Assembly: GCA_905178155.1 (NCBI GenBank)
Contig: CAJINV010000002.1
Span: forward strand, 8,203,224 to 8,267,223
Direction of reading: 5' to 3'
From: Amoebophrya sp. A120
Lineage: Eukaryota; Protista; Dinoflagellata
Length of the DNA: 64,000 nucleotides
Part shown: positions 46,771-59,700 of the stretch, piece after piece
Numbering within the stretch: the stretch's first letter is position 1
Layout of the letters: the number at the start of each line of letters is the position of its first letter
Translations under genes and position numbers: made by a program
Notes under the pieces: model-generated
Told to the model about the DNA's origin: nothing
Databases searched by the model: none
What the model saw: the letters and a program-made list of their open reading frames with translations, nothing else

Positions 46771-48476
46771 ATGGCCCCTGCTGCTCCTTCCAATTATGCC
46801 GGCGACCAGCAGCCGCTCCCGGAGAAGCTGCGGGAGATTCTTGGGGAGCATTGCCAAGTACAGCGCGTGAACAAGGACCGCAAAATTGTCGGCGCGGCCA
46901 GTCCGGAGGAGCTGGGGCAGTCCATGGAGAACGAGCAGCGTCGGAAATTTTGCGAAAATCAGCTGAGCCAACTGGGTAACGACTTTGACAAGGTGGTCCA
47001 GTGGGTAGAGGCGGTGAAGGCAAAAGCCAATGCTTTGTACTACAGCTCTCGCTACGAACCCGACCGTGTGCAAGAACACGAGCTTGTCTCCGATCCCGCC
47101 TCCGACGAGCAGGCAATTGCTCTTTGTTCGGCTCGTCCTGATGGGACGACTAGTCCAGCTGCGTGCCCGTCCACATCTACTTCCTGTGCAAGTGAAGATT
47201 TGTCCTGCGACCTTGCCAAGCTGAAAGAAGCCGCGTTGCTCTACTACGACTGCTTGTCCGGACTGGAAAAGTGTGCAAAAATTATCGTTGCGAAAGGACA
47301 ATACGATGAGGGAAGTAGCAGCTGCAGCAGCACAACAGAAACCGGAGGCCGAACTGAGAATGAAAAGACGAGAAACTCGTACCAGCAGCAGATACAACTG
47401 CCGATCACGGCCAACCTGGCTGCCTGTATGTTGGAAATGCGGCATTTTCGAGAGTGCATTCGTTTGTGCGACTTGGCACTGTCTGTACAGCCCGATCACG
47501 TGAAGGCGCTTGTCCGCCGAGGTATTGCCTACTACAAGCTACGGGAACCGGGGAAGGCAAAAGTATAGTACTAGACTGTTGCGGTTGATGGGGTTGGAAG
47601 CAACATGACAAAGGCAGGTTCGCGAATCTTTTGAGTAGCTGTCGCTTTGTGCCTGTTTGATGATGAAAAACTATCAATCCCACATTTAGCACAACTTGAA
47701 AAACAAAGGTAGATCTCATTCGCAGCCTCGAGTTGCTGGATATCATGGATGCCGCCACAGCTGGGGACACTGCTGGGACCGGCAGTGCCGCGGCGACAGC
47801 CGGCACTGCAGCTCTGTCAGCGACAACGACAGAGAATCTTCGCCGACGGGCAACTGTGTATTTGAACTGGGCGAGGAAGGCGTTGCAGGAGGATAAGGAG
47901 CGAACACGGAAAATGTTCAACCATCGGCTGTACGAAGAGATGCAGTCTTTGAACTATCAGGAATCGCAACAGAGTCGGTTGGTGAAAGACGGAAATGATC
48001 ATGTACGTGATGAAAATGTTGTACTGCAACAGGAACCGAAGTCGGCGCCGTCAGCTGGTGCTTCCAGTGCAGCCGCGAGGACCCTGTTAGAAGAAGAAGG
48101 CGCAGATGAAGTAGATGAACCACGGCCAAATAAAACGGAGAGCGCAGTAAAGAATGTGTGTAGTAAACAAGACAAAGAGGGGGCTGGCAACTATAGCAAT
48201 ACCGACGACGCAACTTCCCTTTCGACCACTACCCGAGCAAGACGGAAGGATATGTGCAGCACCAGTGATGGCGCGTCGGGTACGACATTTGAGAAAATCA
48301 CTATTCCGAAAGTAAAGAAGAAGAAGGAGCTGAGTTTTTACGCCGACAAGCCAGATGTGAAGATGAACCAGCTTTCCGACGAAGATATTGACCGATTGAT
48401 CAAGGAAGAATTGGAGGAAATCCGTTCCCGGACGTTTTTTCAACAGTGTTGTGGATGTAGGAGGCGGAGAAGCTGA
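46771..48476 (+). CDS. TPR-repeat protein, two exons
   Basis: KAKANALY, NLAACMLEM..CDLALSVQPDHVKALVRRGIAY. A GT-AG intron at 47563-47708 joins KAK|VDLIRSLEL. Confidence 0.8.
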
Positions 48477-48859
48477 CTCCAGTGCGCATAGGATGCCAGA
48501 ATGTGCTTCGTGATGTCCAAATAAGCGTAGTTTTGTCGCTATGGACTCTACGTGAGTGCTTTTGTTGTATGTGTGGAAAAACTCAATAGGATCAGACTGA
48601 TCATATGCAAGATGCCACTATTGATGAAGAACAAGAATTCTGTTGAGAAGGGGAAGGCTGATGTGCTCCTCATGTTTGAGTACGGCTGATTGTTATTGCT
48701 TAGAGTGTTCGAGTATCCGGCCACCAGCTACATTCTTAGTCTTCGCTACTTCTAAGTGCCTCGCGTCGACCCTTCTACTTTTTTGCGCTCACTGATAGTT
48801 GAATTGTTTCAAGGGTTGCAACAAACTATTGCTCGTCCTCGATCGAAAGCAGCATCATT

Positions 48860-49477
48860 ATGCAAGCGTTGGGCGTTGCAACCATTTCGCGCACACCTGT
48901 TGCCGATCGCTTTCTCTTCGCCCGCACCACACGGGCACTGGTTGCTCCACCGCCGCCTTCTGGTGTAATTCTATTTTCTGCAACCAGCTCCACATGCTCA
49001 ACTCGTTGCACCGTTCCAAGTCGGTCTCAGTTTCTGCCACACCACTGCTTCTCCACCGCAGCTTCAGCCGACGCCACTACTTTCGCGTCCAGTAGCTCTA
49101 CTAGCTCGGCAGGGGAGCAGCTGCCGCAGCAGAATCTCCCCAATAATCTCGTAACTCCTTCTAGTTTCTCGTTTCGCAGTACACTCTCAAAACGGGACCC
49201 GGTCCCCGCGCTCGAGAACAAGCGGAACAAAGCCGGACCGCCGTTCTACGTGAAGCGCACCTCGAGCGGGAATTTGCCCATTTATGTTTTCAAGAAGAAC
49301 AACAAAACGCTTGCGCTTACGGTGATTCGCAAGGTTCGCGGCGATATCAACGAGCTGAAAAAACAGCTGGAGGTGCTTTGTCGTACCCGAGTGAGGATAT
49401 CAGAATCGCAAGGACTAGAAATATTTGGCGACTGCAAGAACGTGATACGGAGCTACTTGGAAGGCTGCGGGTCGTGA
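48860..49477 (+). CDS. Mitochondrial ribosomal protein mL49 (Img2)
   Basis: FYVKRTSSGNLPIY...TVIRKVRGDINELKKQL...GLEIFGD, preceded by a Ser/Thr/Arg-rich presequence. Confidence 0.85.
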   Translation: MQALGVATISRTPVADRFLFARTTRALVAPPPPSGVILFSATSSTCSTRCTVPSRSQFLPHHCFSTAASADATTFASSSSTSSAGEQLPQQNLPNNLVTPSSFSFRSTLSKRDPVPALENKRNKAGPPFYVKRTSSGNLPIYVFKKNNKTLALTVIRKVRGDINELKKQLEVLCRTRVRISESQGLEIFGDCKNVIRSYLEGCGS

Positions 49478-50180
49478 AAAGTGATCGGGAAAAAAGTATA
49501 GAAGAAGCGGCACCTGCTACATTTTTTGTTTCTCTTTTTTGGATTAGAGTTCGTTGCTCGCTATCTGTAGTGCGCGAGACAGTCTGTGCTTCATTATCTT
49601 GTTCTTCCATTTGATTTCAAGCCGGGTAAAGCTACAGTTATTGGACACAGCTGAGCGCTCAGGCATGATGTATTGATTTCTCCGCGTACGCACCACGAGA
49701 AGTCGTTATCGACAGGAGAGCTGAGTGAGTACCCTCCCAGACGAGTTGTAAAGGAGCGAGATTATATTCAGTAAGAGAGACACGAGGCCAAAGCGAAGCG
49801 AGAGTTTGTGTTTGATCGAGAGTTCTCGTGATGTATTCCGACCGAGATTGAGTTTGAGAGCACCGAATGTAGTGTGCTTTCCTCGTGTTGTTTGATAACA
49901 TCGATAAATCTTTGATTTCGGGCCAAAGATGTCGAAGAGCAAGCTACTTCAAGTACTACTTTCAGGATCAGGAGATAGTTGGTTCATCAACTTACTTTTC
50001 ACAACAGAGGAAGAACGTAGCCTCAGGTTGCCCATTTCGAATTCGACATTTGCATGCGGATGTTGCGTCCCATTGTTTTACTAGTCTCGTGGTACGAAGA
50101 AGTTCAAGGTTGGTCGTGTCTAGCTTTTCTCGAGAGAAAATTCTAGTGTGCAATACAGAAACACACGACCCCAGCGCAGA

Positions 50181-52300
50181 ATGGAGTCGACGCGGCGCAC
50201 GGAAGGACGTCATGATGCTCTCTCGTCCTCGCCCACTGGCGGTACCGATCGAAGCAGTGAGACAGCTGTTTTAACTGGAACCAGCAGGAGCAGTTCCAGC
50301 AGAAATCTCCACTGGCGGGAAGAACAGAGGGACCACAACGTGGGCGAGAGAAGCAGGAGGTCTTTCCAGCCGGCATCGTGCCACCAGGTAGTACCGCAGC
50401 ATTGTGCAACTGACTGTTCCAAGGAAGAAGACCTTTTCTATGATGCGCACGAAGATTTTTCGAACGCGACGACCCCACCTGCGTCCTCCAGAACGAGGGG
50501 AATAAATCGGAGCAGCGAGGAAAGAAGCCGAAGCAGTAATAACTCTCACGACCACGGCACCAGCGGCTCCTACACGCCAGCAGAAGTAGCGCAAATTGAA
50601 CTAGCGACATGCGCGATTCTTGAGTCAACAGAAGAACGTCCTCTGCCGTGCTTCTGCAAAACAAGCTCAAAGCCGCGAAGACCCCGAAGAGCTGACGGCA
50701 AGACGAGCAACAGTTGTCACTTCTCTTCGCGTAGCGGGGGTAAAGCAACGAGAAGTCCAGCAAAAAAGTCGGAAGCAGGACAAAAGACAAACCGCACAAC
50801 TCGCTTCAGCCGGTTTTTCCTCGGAGCGTGCAGTTTGGCCGGGTCAGCGTACGCACTGTCCAACCAGTGTCGAGTGGAATTCGATAAGATGTACCTCGAG
50901 GACGTGCAGCGTACAGTTTCTTTTTTGATTTCGCTTCTAAATCGAAATCTCTCGCTCTCCTGTGATGAAGTGGACGGTTTTTTCTGTTGCATGCACGCAT
51001 CTATCGATCTCTCTGCGTTGAACAGCAACATCATACATAATAGCTTTTATCCACCACACAACAGATTTCATTTCCTGGAAACATTTTTGGACGTTTTGCG
51101 GGGTGAGACAGCAGAATCGGCTGGCGACGTGCTGCGACACAATCGACTTCGCGACCAAGCAGTCCAGCGGGTGCACAGACGCTTGTAAGGATTTATTTGC
51201 ACAGGATTTATTTTCACGCTGATATATGTGATTCTAATTTTGTTTAATGTCTCATTCACACTCACGCTGCTCTCATCATCGTTCGGTGCACGGCTGTGAT
51301 GTCGAGTGGCACGCAGCTTCGTGAGGGATACGTATAAACTTTGGGTTGAAAGAAAATGAAAATGATTGTAAGATTTAGTTGGTAATCTCCGTCTTCTTCA
51401 TGGCAGGGTCATGTACAACACACAGGTAAAACGACTTGCCTCTTCTCCGAGTACGAAAATTTTTGCGAGGGCGCAGCACCGGCAAGCACGCCCAGGATCG
51501 CGTGCACTGCAACGCGGCTGCCCTACAAGGTACAATACATTGCTGTTTCCGCACTAACAGAAGTGCAACTACGTACATTCTACGGCCAAGGATGTTAGTA
51601 GAACTATGCCAAACAGAGCAATTTCGATGAGATTGATTTCTTTGCTGCACTTCGTTCAACAATACTGCAAAAAAATACAGAGCGACATCGGGGAATTCCA
51701 ATCGGAGGAGACTTTCTGCATTCCCGAGTCGTGTAACACAGACGCGGATTTAGCTGGTATTGATTCCACTGGAAATTGGAATTGTTTGAAGTGGAAGTAG
51801 TAGTAGATGAAGTTAAAAATTCGATTTAGGTATTTGCTTCTATCAATGATGAGAGTTCGCGTGTTAGTTATAGTTTTGTTTGGGATAGAATACAAGCACA
51901 CGAATAAAAAGATCTAGATCAACATTTCGCCAGTGTCAATCTACAGTGTGGTAAGTATGTTGTGCCTCGAGAACGCATTATACGCTTTTTCTGAATGCCA
52001 GGTATTATGGAGCACTACTCCACCTCCGTGCAGGAGGACATTGACCCACTATATTCCACCGGAGAGTACACGGATGCGGTCATCACCTGCCCGTCCAACA
52101 CCCTGCAAACGGTTTTGATCGTGCTTGGCGTGATTTTCGGGGTGGCTAGTCTCGCTGGGCTGCTGTACTACCTGTGCCGGGTGCCGGCGCAGGCGCTGGA
52201 CACGGGCGTCAGCTCGAGGACGATTGCCCCCGAGAATGTGGTCTTCCGCTCCAAAGAGATCATGGACGCCGAGGGGCAAAACAAGGCGATTGGGATGTGA
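50181..52300 (+). CDS. Multi-exon hypothetical membrane protein (exon structure uncertain)
   Basis: Coding-like blocks at 50181-50900, about 51065-51170, 51426-51530, 51680-51756 and 52002-52300. The last contains the TM segment VLIVLGVIFGVASLAGLLYYLC. Confidence 0.5.
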
Positions 52301-53700
52301 TGCAATTCTATTATGTCTGAACAGAACTTTTTTGTCGTGCTGAGACTTCTGCAAGGGGGAAGGGAAAGTTATACATAGTTAGAGCTGCATCATTTACAGT
52401 CGTCGTCTCAGGAAGTGCTATGTATTTGTAGTTTAGTTTTTATCTTCGAAGGCGTAGGCTCACCAGGTCTTGATCTGCCCTTACTACACCTGATTATACT
52501 ATCATAATTTGCAAAACGTCATGAAGGTGAATATCGCTTCCGTGACCGAAGAATCGAATTTAGACAGAGATGAGTCAAGAAGTTAGTTGCGAACTTTGCT
52601 TGTACGCCCAGAAAGGATTAATTCGAACAATAGCTAGCCCGACTTTTTTGATAGCGCATTGCTTCGACAGAGAAACGCCAATAGTTGTAAAGAGCTTCTT
52701 ACACGAGCCTTGTTTTTGACTAAAGGAAAAATTGAAACTACACCGATGAAAAAAGAGGTCAATGGGGACCAGAATGATGAAAGAAACGAGATGAAACAGA
52801 TTTACTGAGCTACTTGCAACAGATGAAATACAAATGAGATAATGTTTTTCACTGTACCAACTTGTCGTTTTCTTATTTTACAAGGACTCCACAACTACAA
52901 CTGCAGTCAACGCAACTCAACTATGCAAATAGCTGCAAAGTCCGCCTTCCTTTGGCGTTCCATTGCGATAGGCTGCGCCCCGACATGTTGAACCTCACAG
53001 GTTTTTGAGAATTCAGGTGGAGCCACTGCTTACATCGATCTAGCTCAGGATCCAAGCTGCTAGCAATGTACGTACCGGGTGGGCAAGCTCTCCTCTATTT
53101 TCCTCTTACGACATGCGGCATTGGATCTGCCTTTGTGACCGCATGGATCAACATTACCGTCGCAGTTTCCACATCATACGGCCCGTGGTCTTCACCACGA
53201 AGATCATCCCCAAGATGCTACAGCTCTGATCCAAAGCTCTTGAAGAGCAGTGTACTTCGTATATGAAACGCTGTGGTGCAGCTACTGAAGGAGCGACTGG
53301 TTCTGTGGATCTTCAGGATCTGCCGACCACCATTGGTGGATGGCACAATAGCAGGTCTTTCGAACAGTAAGTGAGCGTGTAAACACGGTCGCCGTGTTGG
53401 CATACGCATACGCAGAAGAACTAGTAATAGGGACTTACTGGCATCTTCAAGACAGATAGGGTTGCATCGTCGTATTGATTCATAGTTTCCTCTGATTTCC
53501 GCCATCACGATTTTTCCACTGCTCCCTATTACCCCTTTCTATGTTCGGCTGTGTGTTTACTTTTAGACAAAACCCAAGATAGACCATTGATCACAAGTTT
53601 TTCGAACAGAAGATTTAAGTGAAGCTGCCCCTTGCTCTCTCCCCCCCAGATTCGGGTTTTTTTTCCAATGCCGTGCTTATCCTTTCCACACATGAAGCAG

Positions 53701-56700
53701 ATGGCCTTGTGTGGCCGAGTCGTCGCGTTTTTTTTTGCAGCAGCAGCTGGAGCTACCGAACCGGTTTTCGGAGCACAGCTACCGCAGCAAAATCCACAGG
53801 AGTCGTGGTCGCAGCGGCACTCCGTGCCGCTTCTGCGGGGCGCAGCTACGGAAGAACCATCTACACAGGGCAGCACGAGTGGAACTATTGAGGCGGCAGA
53901 AGAAGTGGTCGGAGCATCTACTCGCGAAAGAACGTCGAGCTCAGATCCTCGGCTGCTGCACTTTCGCGAGTGGCTCGACCTGGAGTTTCAATTTTACAAG
54001 TCGAAGTTGGACCAAGTGTCTCTCCCCGAGGGGGTGTACGAGCGGCTGAAGCACTTTTTTCGGAAAGACAGAAATGCTTTGCGACATGACGTCACGGTGA
54101 CGGAAGTTATTGCGCCCCTCAACGTCGACATCGAGAGACAGATCCGAAGTCGCGCGGACGGGAAGCACGCGATTCTGTGGCACAACGCACTTCCCCTGCG
54201 CGCTGAGTCATTTGCAGAGACGGGGCGAAAAGCTGCATGGGAGAAAAATGTAGTGAGCCGTAGTTTTCCACCCGCCGATGAAGAGGAACTTGCACTTGCC
54301 GAAGCGTCACCTCCCCAGAAATCTTGCGCAGAAGATAGTGACTTATTTTGTGATAGTACTAAAATGCCTCTTTTTCGATTTCAAAGCAGCAGAAGCAACG
54401 GCATTATGATCAAAGACGGGAGTCTGCTACCAGCGACGGAAACGCAGAATCTTTTTGGTCTCAACGACTGTTTTGAGGAACCGGGTGAAGTGAAGCACAG
54501 GTACGTAGGCGTGAAGGCCAGCCCGTTGCGGGTTCGGGACAGGGAGACGGGGGTCGTTTCGGAAAATTTCTCCGCTGCACAGTACGATTTGCTGATGCAC
54601 TTTCTGACGAGTGCGACTGAAAGAGATGTTGAAAAACATCGTTTTGAGCAAGATGAAGATTTTATTGACCAAAAACCACTTTTCGCAGTAGCCCCGCTGT
54701 CCGACCGCCTGCAGAAAACTGCGGCGGGCATGCAGTGGATCATACAAAGAACATATCCCAAAGAAAAAAGCCGACAGGTCAGAAAAAAAATAATTAAATA
54801 ATAATTGTTATTGTCAACAATAAAAGCAAAACAAAACAACAAAAAAAATTGCCGCCATACCATGCGGATTAGCTTCAGGACAGATCAGCAATCCGCGCGA
54901 ATCACGGTGGGACTGTTATTGTCAACAATAAAAGCAAAACAAAACAACAAGAATAAACTGCCGCCATACCATTCGGATTAGCTTCAGGACAGATCAGCAA
55001 CCCGCGCGAATCAGGGCGGGACGGCGATCGCCTGCTTTTTTTATTTTTGCGACGAATTTCGCCCATTCGCGCCATACCGTGCGGGCTGGGTTTCGTAGGG
55101 GGTTGCCGGGCTGGGTTTCGTAGGGGGTTGCCGGTTTCGCCAATCCGCACGGCACGGCGCCCGCAGTCGGTTTTGCGGCTTTTGCGGATTTCCTATGTTC
55201 GCGCCATAGCGTGCGGGCTGGCTTTCTGGCGAAGCTGCCGGCTTCGCGAATCCGCACGGCACGGCGGTCGCGGTTAGTTTTTTTAAATTTTGGCGAGTTT
55301 TTTTGTTTCGCGCCATACCGTGCGGGCTGGGCTTCGTACGGGGTTGCCGGTTTCGCCAATCCGCACGGCACGGCGTCCGCCGTCGGTTTTGCGACTTTTT
55401 GCAAATTTTTGCTGTTCGCGCCATAGCGTGCGGGCTGGCTTTCTGGCGAAGCTGCCGGCTTCGCAAATCCGCATGGCGCGGCGGCCGCGGTTAGTTTTGT
55501 GAATTTTGGCGATTTTTTTTCTTTCGCGCCCTACCGCGCGGGCTGGGCTTCGTAAGAGGTTGCCGGCTTCGCCAATCCGCACGGCACGGCGCCCGCAGTC
55601 GGTTTTGGGACTTTTGGCGAATTTCCTTTGTTCGCGCCATACCGTGCGGGCTGGCTTTCTGGCGAAGCTGCCGGCTTCGCGAATCCGCACGGCACGGCGG
55701 CCGCAATTAATTTTGTAAATTTTGTCGGGTTTTTTCCTTTCGCGCCATACCGTGCGGGCTGGCCTTCGGGCGAAGTTGCCGGCTTCGCGCATCCGCATGG
55801 AACGGCGGCCGCAATTAGTTTTGCGAATTTTGGCGAGTTTTTTGCCTTCACGCCATACCGTGCGGGCTGGCGGTCGCAAGAGGGTGCCGGCGTCGCGAAT
55901 CCGCACGGCACGGCGATCGCAATTATCGCTCCAAAATAGGAAGGCAGGAGCTTGGAAACCGTCGAAGATTTTGCCAGCTTTGCGAATGTTCCCGAATGTC
56001 CGGAGTCGCCGGATTCAGAGGCGGCGAGGCGTCAAACCCTCGCCAAGCTTTTCAACTTTTGGGAATGCCAAAAATGCGACCCCCTCCTCTATCTGCGGAA
56101 GCTGGCATACTTCAAGCAAATTGCTCCCGCTTCTGGTAATTTTTGCCGAGTTCGTCCGCGGATACTTTCGAATATTCGGAATCGCTTCAAAATAGGCAGG
56201 CAGGAGTTTGGAAACTGTCGAAGGTTTTGCCAGCTTTTCGAATATTCCCGAATATTCGGAATCGCCGGAATCAGAGGCGGCGAGACTTCAAATCCTTGCC
56301 AAGTTTTTCAACAATTGGGAACGCCAAAAATGCGACCCCCGCCTCTATCTGCGGAAACTGACATACTCAAAATAAATTACTTCCTCTTCTGGAAATTTTT
56401 GCCGAGTTCGTCCGCGGATACTTTCGAATATTCGGAATCGCTTCAAAATAGGCAGGCAGGAGTTTGGAAACTGTCGAAGGTTTTGCCAGCTTTTCGAATA
56501 TTCCCGAATATTCGGAATCGCCGGAATCAGAGGCGGCGAGACTTCAAATCCTTGCCAAGTTTTTCAACAATTGGGAACGCCAAAAATGCGACCCCCGCCT
56601 CTATCTGCGGAAACTGACATACTCAAAATAAATTACTTCCTCTTCTGGAAATTTTTGCCGAGTTCGTCCGCGGATACTTTCGAATATTCGGAATCGCTTC

Positions 56701-59700
56701 AAAATAGGCAGGCAGGAGTTTGGAAACTGTCGAAGGTTTTGCCAGCTTTTCGAATATTCCCGAATATTCGGAATCGCCGGAATCAGAGGCGGCGAGACTT
56801 CAAATCCTTGCCAAGTTTTTCAACAATTGGGAACGCCAAAAATGCGACCCCCGCCTCTATCTGCGGAAACTGACATACTCAAAATAAATTACTTCCTCTT
56901 CTGGAAATTTTTGCCGAGTTCGTCCGCGGATACTTTCGAATATTCGGAATCGCTTCAAAATAGGCAGGCAGGAGTTTGGAAACTGTCGAAGGTTTTGCCA
57001 GCTTTTCGAATATTCCCGAATATTCGGAATCGCCGGAATCAGAGGCGGCGAGACTTCAAATCCTTGCCAAGTTTTTCAACAATTGGGAACGCCAAAAATG
57101 CGACCCCCGCCTCTATCTGCGGAAACTGACATACTCAAAATAAATTACTTCCTCTTCTGGAAATTTTTGCCGAGTTCGTCCGCGGATACTTTCGAATATT
57201 CGGAATCGCTTCAAAATAGGCAGGCAGGAGTTTGGAAACTGTCGAAGGTTTTGCCAGCTTTTCGAATATTCCCGAATATTCGGAATCGCCGGAATCAGAG
57301 GCGGCGAGACTTCAAATCCTTGCCAAGTTTTTCAACAATTGGGAACGCCAAAAATGCGACCCCCGCCTCTATCTGCGGAAACTGACATACTCAAAATAAA
57401 TTACTTCCTCTTCTGGAAATTTTTGCCGAGTTCGTCCGCGGATACTTTCGAATATTCGGAATCGCTTCAAAATAGGCAGGCAGGAGTTTGGAAACTGTCG
57501 AAGGTTTTGCCAGCTTTTCGAATATTCCCGAATATTCGGAATCGCCGGAATCAGAGGCGGCGAGACTTCAAATCCTTGCCAAGTTTTTCAACAATTGGGA
57601 ACGCCAAAAATGCGACCCCCGCCTCTATCTGCGGAAACTGACATACTCAAAATAAATTACTTCCTCTTCTGGAAATTTTTGCCGAGTTCGTCCGCGGATA
57701 CTTTCGAATATTCGGAATCGCTTCAAAATAGGCAGGCAGGAGTTTGGAAACTGTCGAAGGTTTTGCCAGCTTTTCGAATATTCCCGAATATTCGGAATCG
57801 CCGGAATCAGAGGCGGCGAGACTTCAAATCCTTGCCAAGTTTTTCAACAATTGGGAACGCCAAAAATGCGACCCCCGCCTCTATCTGCGGAAACTGACAT
57901 ACTCAAAATAAATTACTTCCTCTTCTGGAAATTTTTGCCGAGTTCGTCCGCGGATACTTTCGAATATTCGGAATCGCTTCAAAATAGGCAGGCAGGAGTT
58001 TGGAAACTGTCGAAGGTTTTGCCAGCTTTTCGAATATTCCCGAATATTCGGAATCGCCGGAATCAGAGGCGGCGAGACTTCAAATCCTTGCCAAGTTTTT
58101 CAACAATTGGGAACGCCAAAAATGCGACCCCCGCCTCTATCTGCGGAAACTGACATACTCAAAATAAATTACTTCCTCTTCTGGAAATTTTTGCCGAGTT
58201 CGTCCGCGGATACTTTCGAATATTCGGAATCGCTTCAAAATAGGCAGGCAGGAGTTTGGAAACTGTCGAAGGTTTTGCCAGCTTTTCGAATATTCCCGAA
58301 TATTCGGAATCGCCGGAATCAGAGGCGGCGAGACTTCAAATCCTTGCCAAGTTTTTCAACAATTGGGAACGCCAAAAATGCGACCCCCGCCTCTATCTGC
58401 GGAAACTGACATACTCAAAATAAATTACTTCCTCTTCTGGAAATTTTTGCCGAGTTCGTCCGCGGATACTTTCGAATATTCGGAATCGCTTCAAAATAGG
58501 CAGGCAGGAGTTTGGAAACTGTCGAAGGTTTTGCCAGCTTTTCGAATATTCCCGAATATTCGGAATCGCCGGAATCAGAGGCGGCGAGACTTCAAATCCT
58601 TGCCAAGTTTTTCAACAATTGGGAACGCCAAAAATGCGACCCCCGCCTCTATCTGCGGAAACTGACATACTCAAAATAAATTACTTCCTCTTCTGGAAAT
58701 TTTTGCCGAGTTCGTCCGCGGATACTTTCGAATATTCGGAATCGCTTCAAAATAGGCAGGCAGGAGTTTGGAAACTGTCGAAGGTTTTGCCAGCTTTTCG
58801 AATATTCCCGAATATTCGGAATCGCCGGAATCAGAGGCGGCGAGACTTCAAATCCTTGCCAAGTTTTTCAACAATTGGGAATGCCAAAAATGCGACCCCC
58901 GCCTCTATCTGCGGAAACTGACATACTCAAAATAAATTACTTCCTCTTCTGGAAATTTTTGCCGAGTTCGTCCGCGGATACTTTCGAATATTCGGAATCG
59001 CTTCAAAATAGGCAGGCAGGAGTTTGGAAACTGTCGAAGGTTTTGCCAGCTTTTCGAATATTCCCGAATATTCGGAATCGCCGGAATCAGAGGCGGCGAG
59101 ACTTCAAATCCTTGCCAAGTTTTTCAACAATTGGGAATGCCAAAAATGCGACCCCCGCCTCTATCTGCGGAAACTGACATACTCAAAATAAATTACTTCC
59201 TCTGCTGGAAATTTTTGCCGAGTTCGTCCGCGGATACTGCCGAATATTCGGAATCGCTTCAAAATAGGCAGGCAGGAGTTTGGAAACTGTCGAAGGTTTT
59301 GCCAGCTTTTCGAATATTCTCGAATATTCGGAATCGCCGGAATCAGAGGCGGCGAGGCTTCAAATCCTTGCCAAGTTTTTCAACAATTGGGAGTGCCAAA
59401 AATGCGACCCCCGCCTCTATCTGCGGAAACTGACATACTTAAAATAAATTACTTCCTCTTCTGGAAATTTTTGCCGAGTTCGTCCGCGGATGCTTTCGAG
59501 TATTCGGAATCGCATCAAAATAGGCAGGCAGGAGTTTGGGAAGTGCCGAAGGTTTTGCCAGCTTTTCGAATATTCCGAATATTCTCGAATATTCGGAATC
59601 GCCGGAATCAGAGGCGGCGAGAATAGAAATCCTTGCCAGGTTTTTCAACGCTTGGGAATGCCAAAAGTGCGGCCCCCATCTCTATCTGCGGAAGCTGACA

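Noticed and set aside
51870-51895. tttgggatagaa, matching the right end of the giant element
   Set aside because: The match is about 12 bp with no partner IR or TSD, so it is likely chance.
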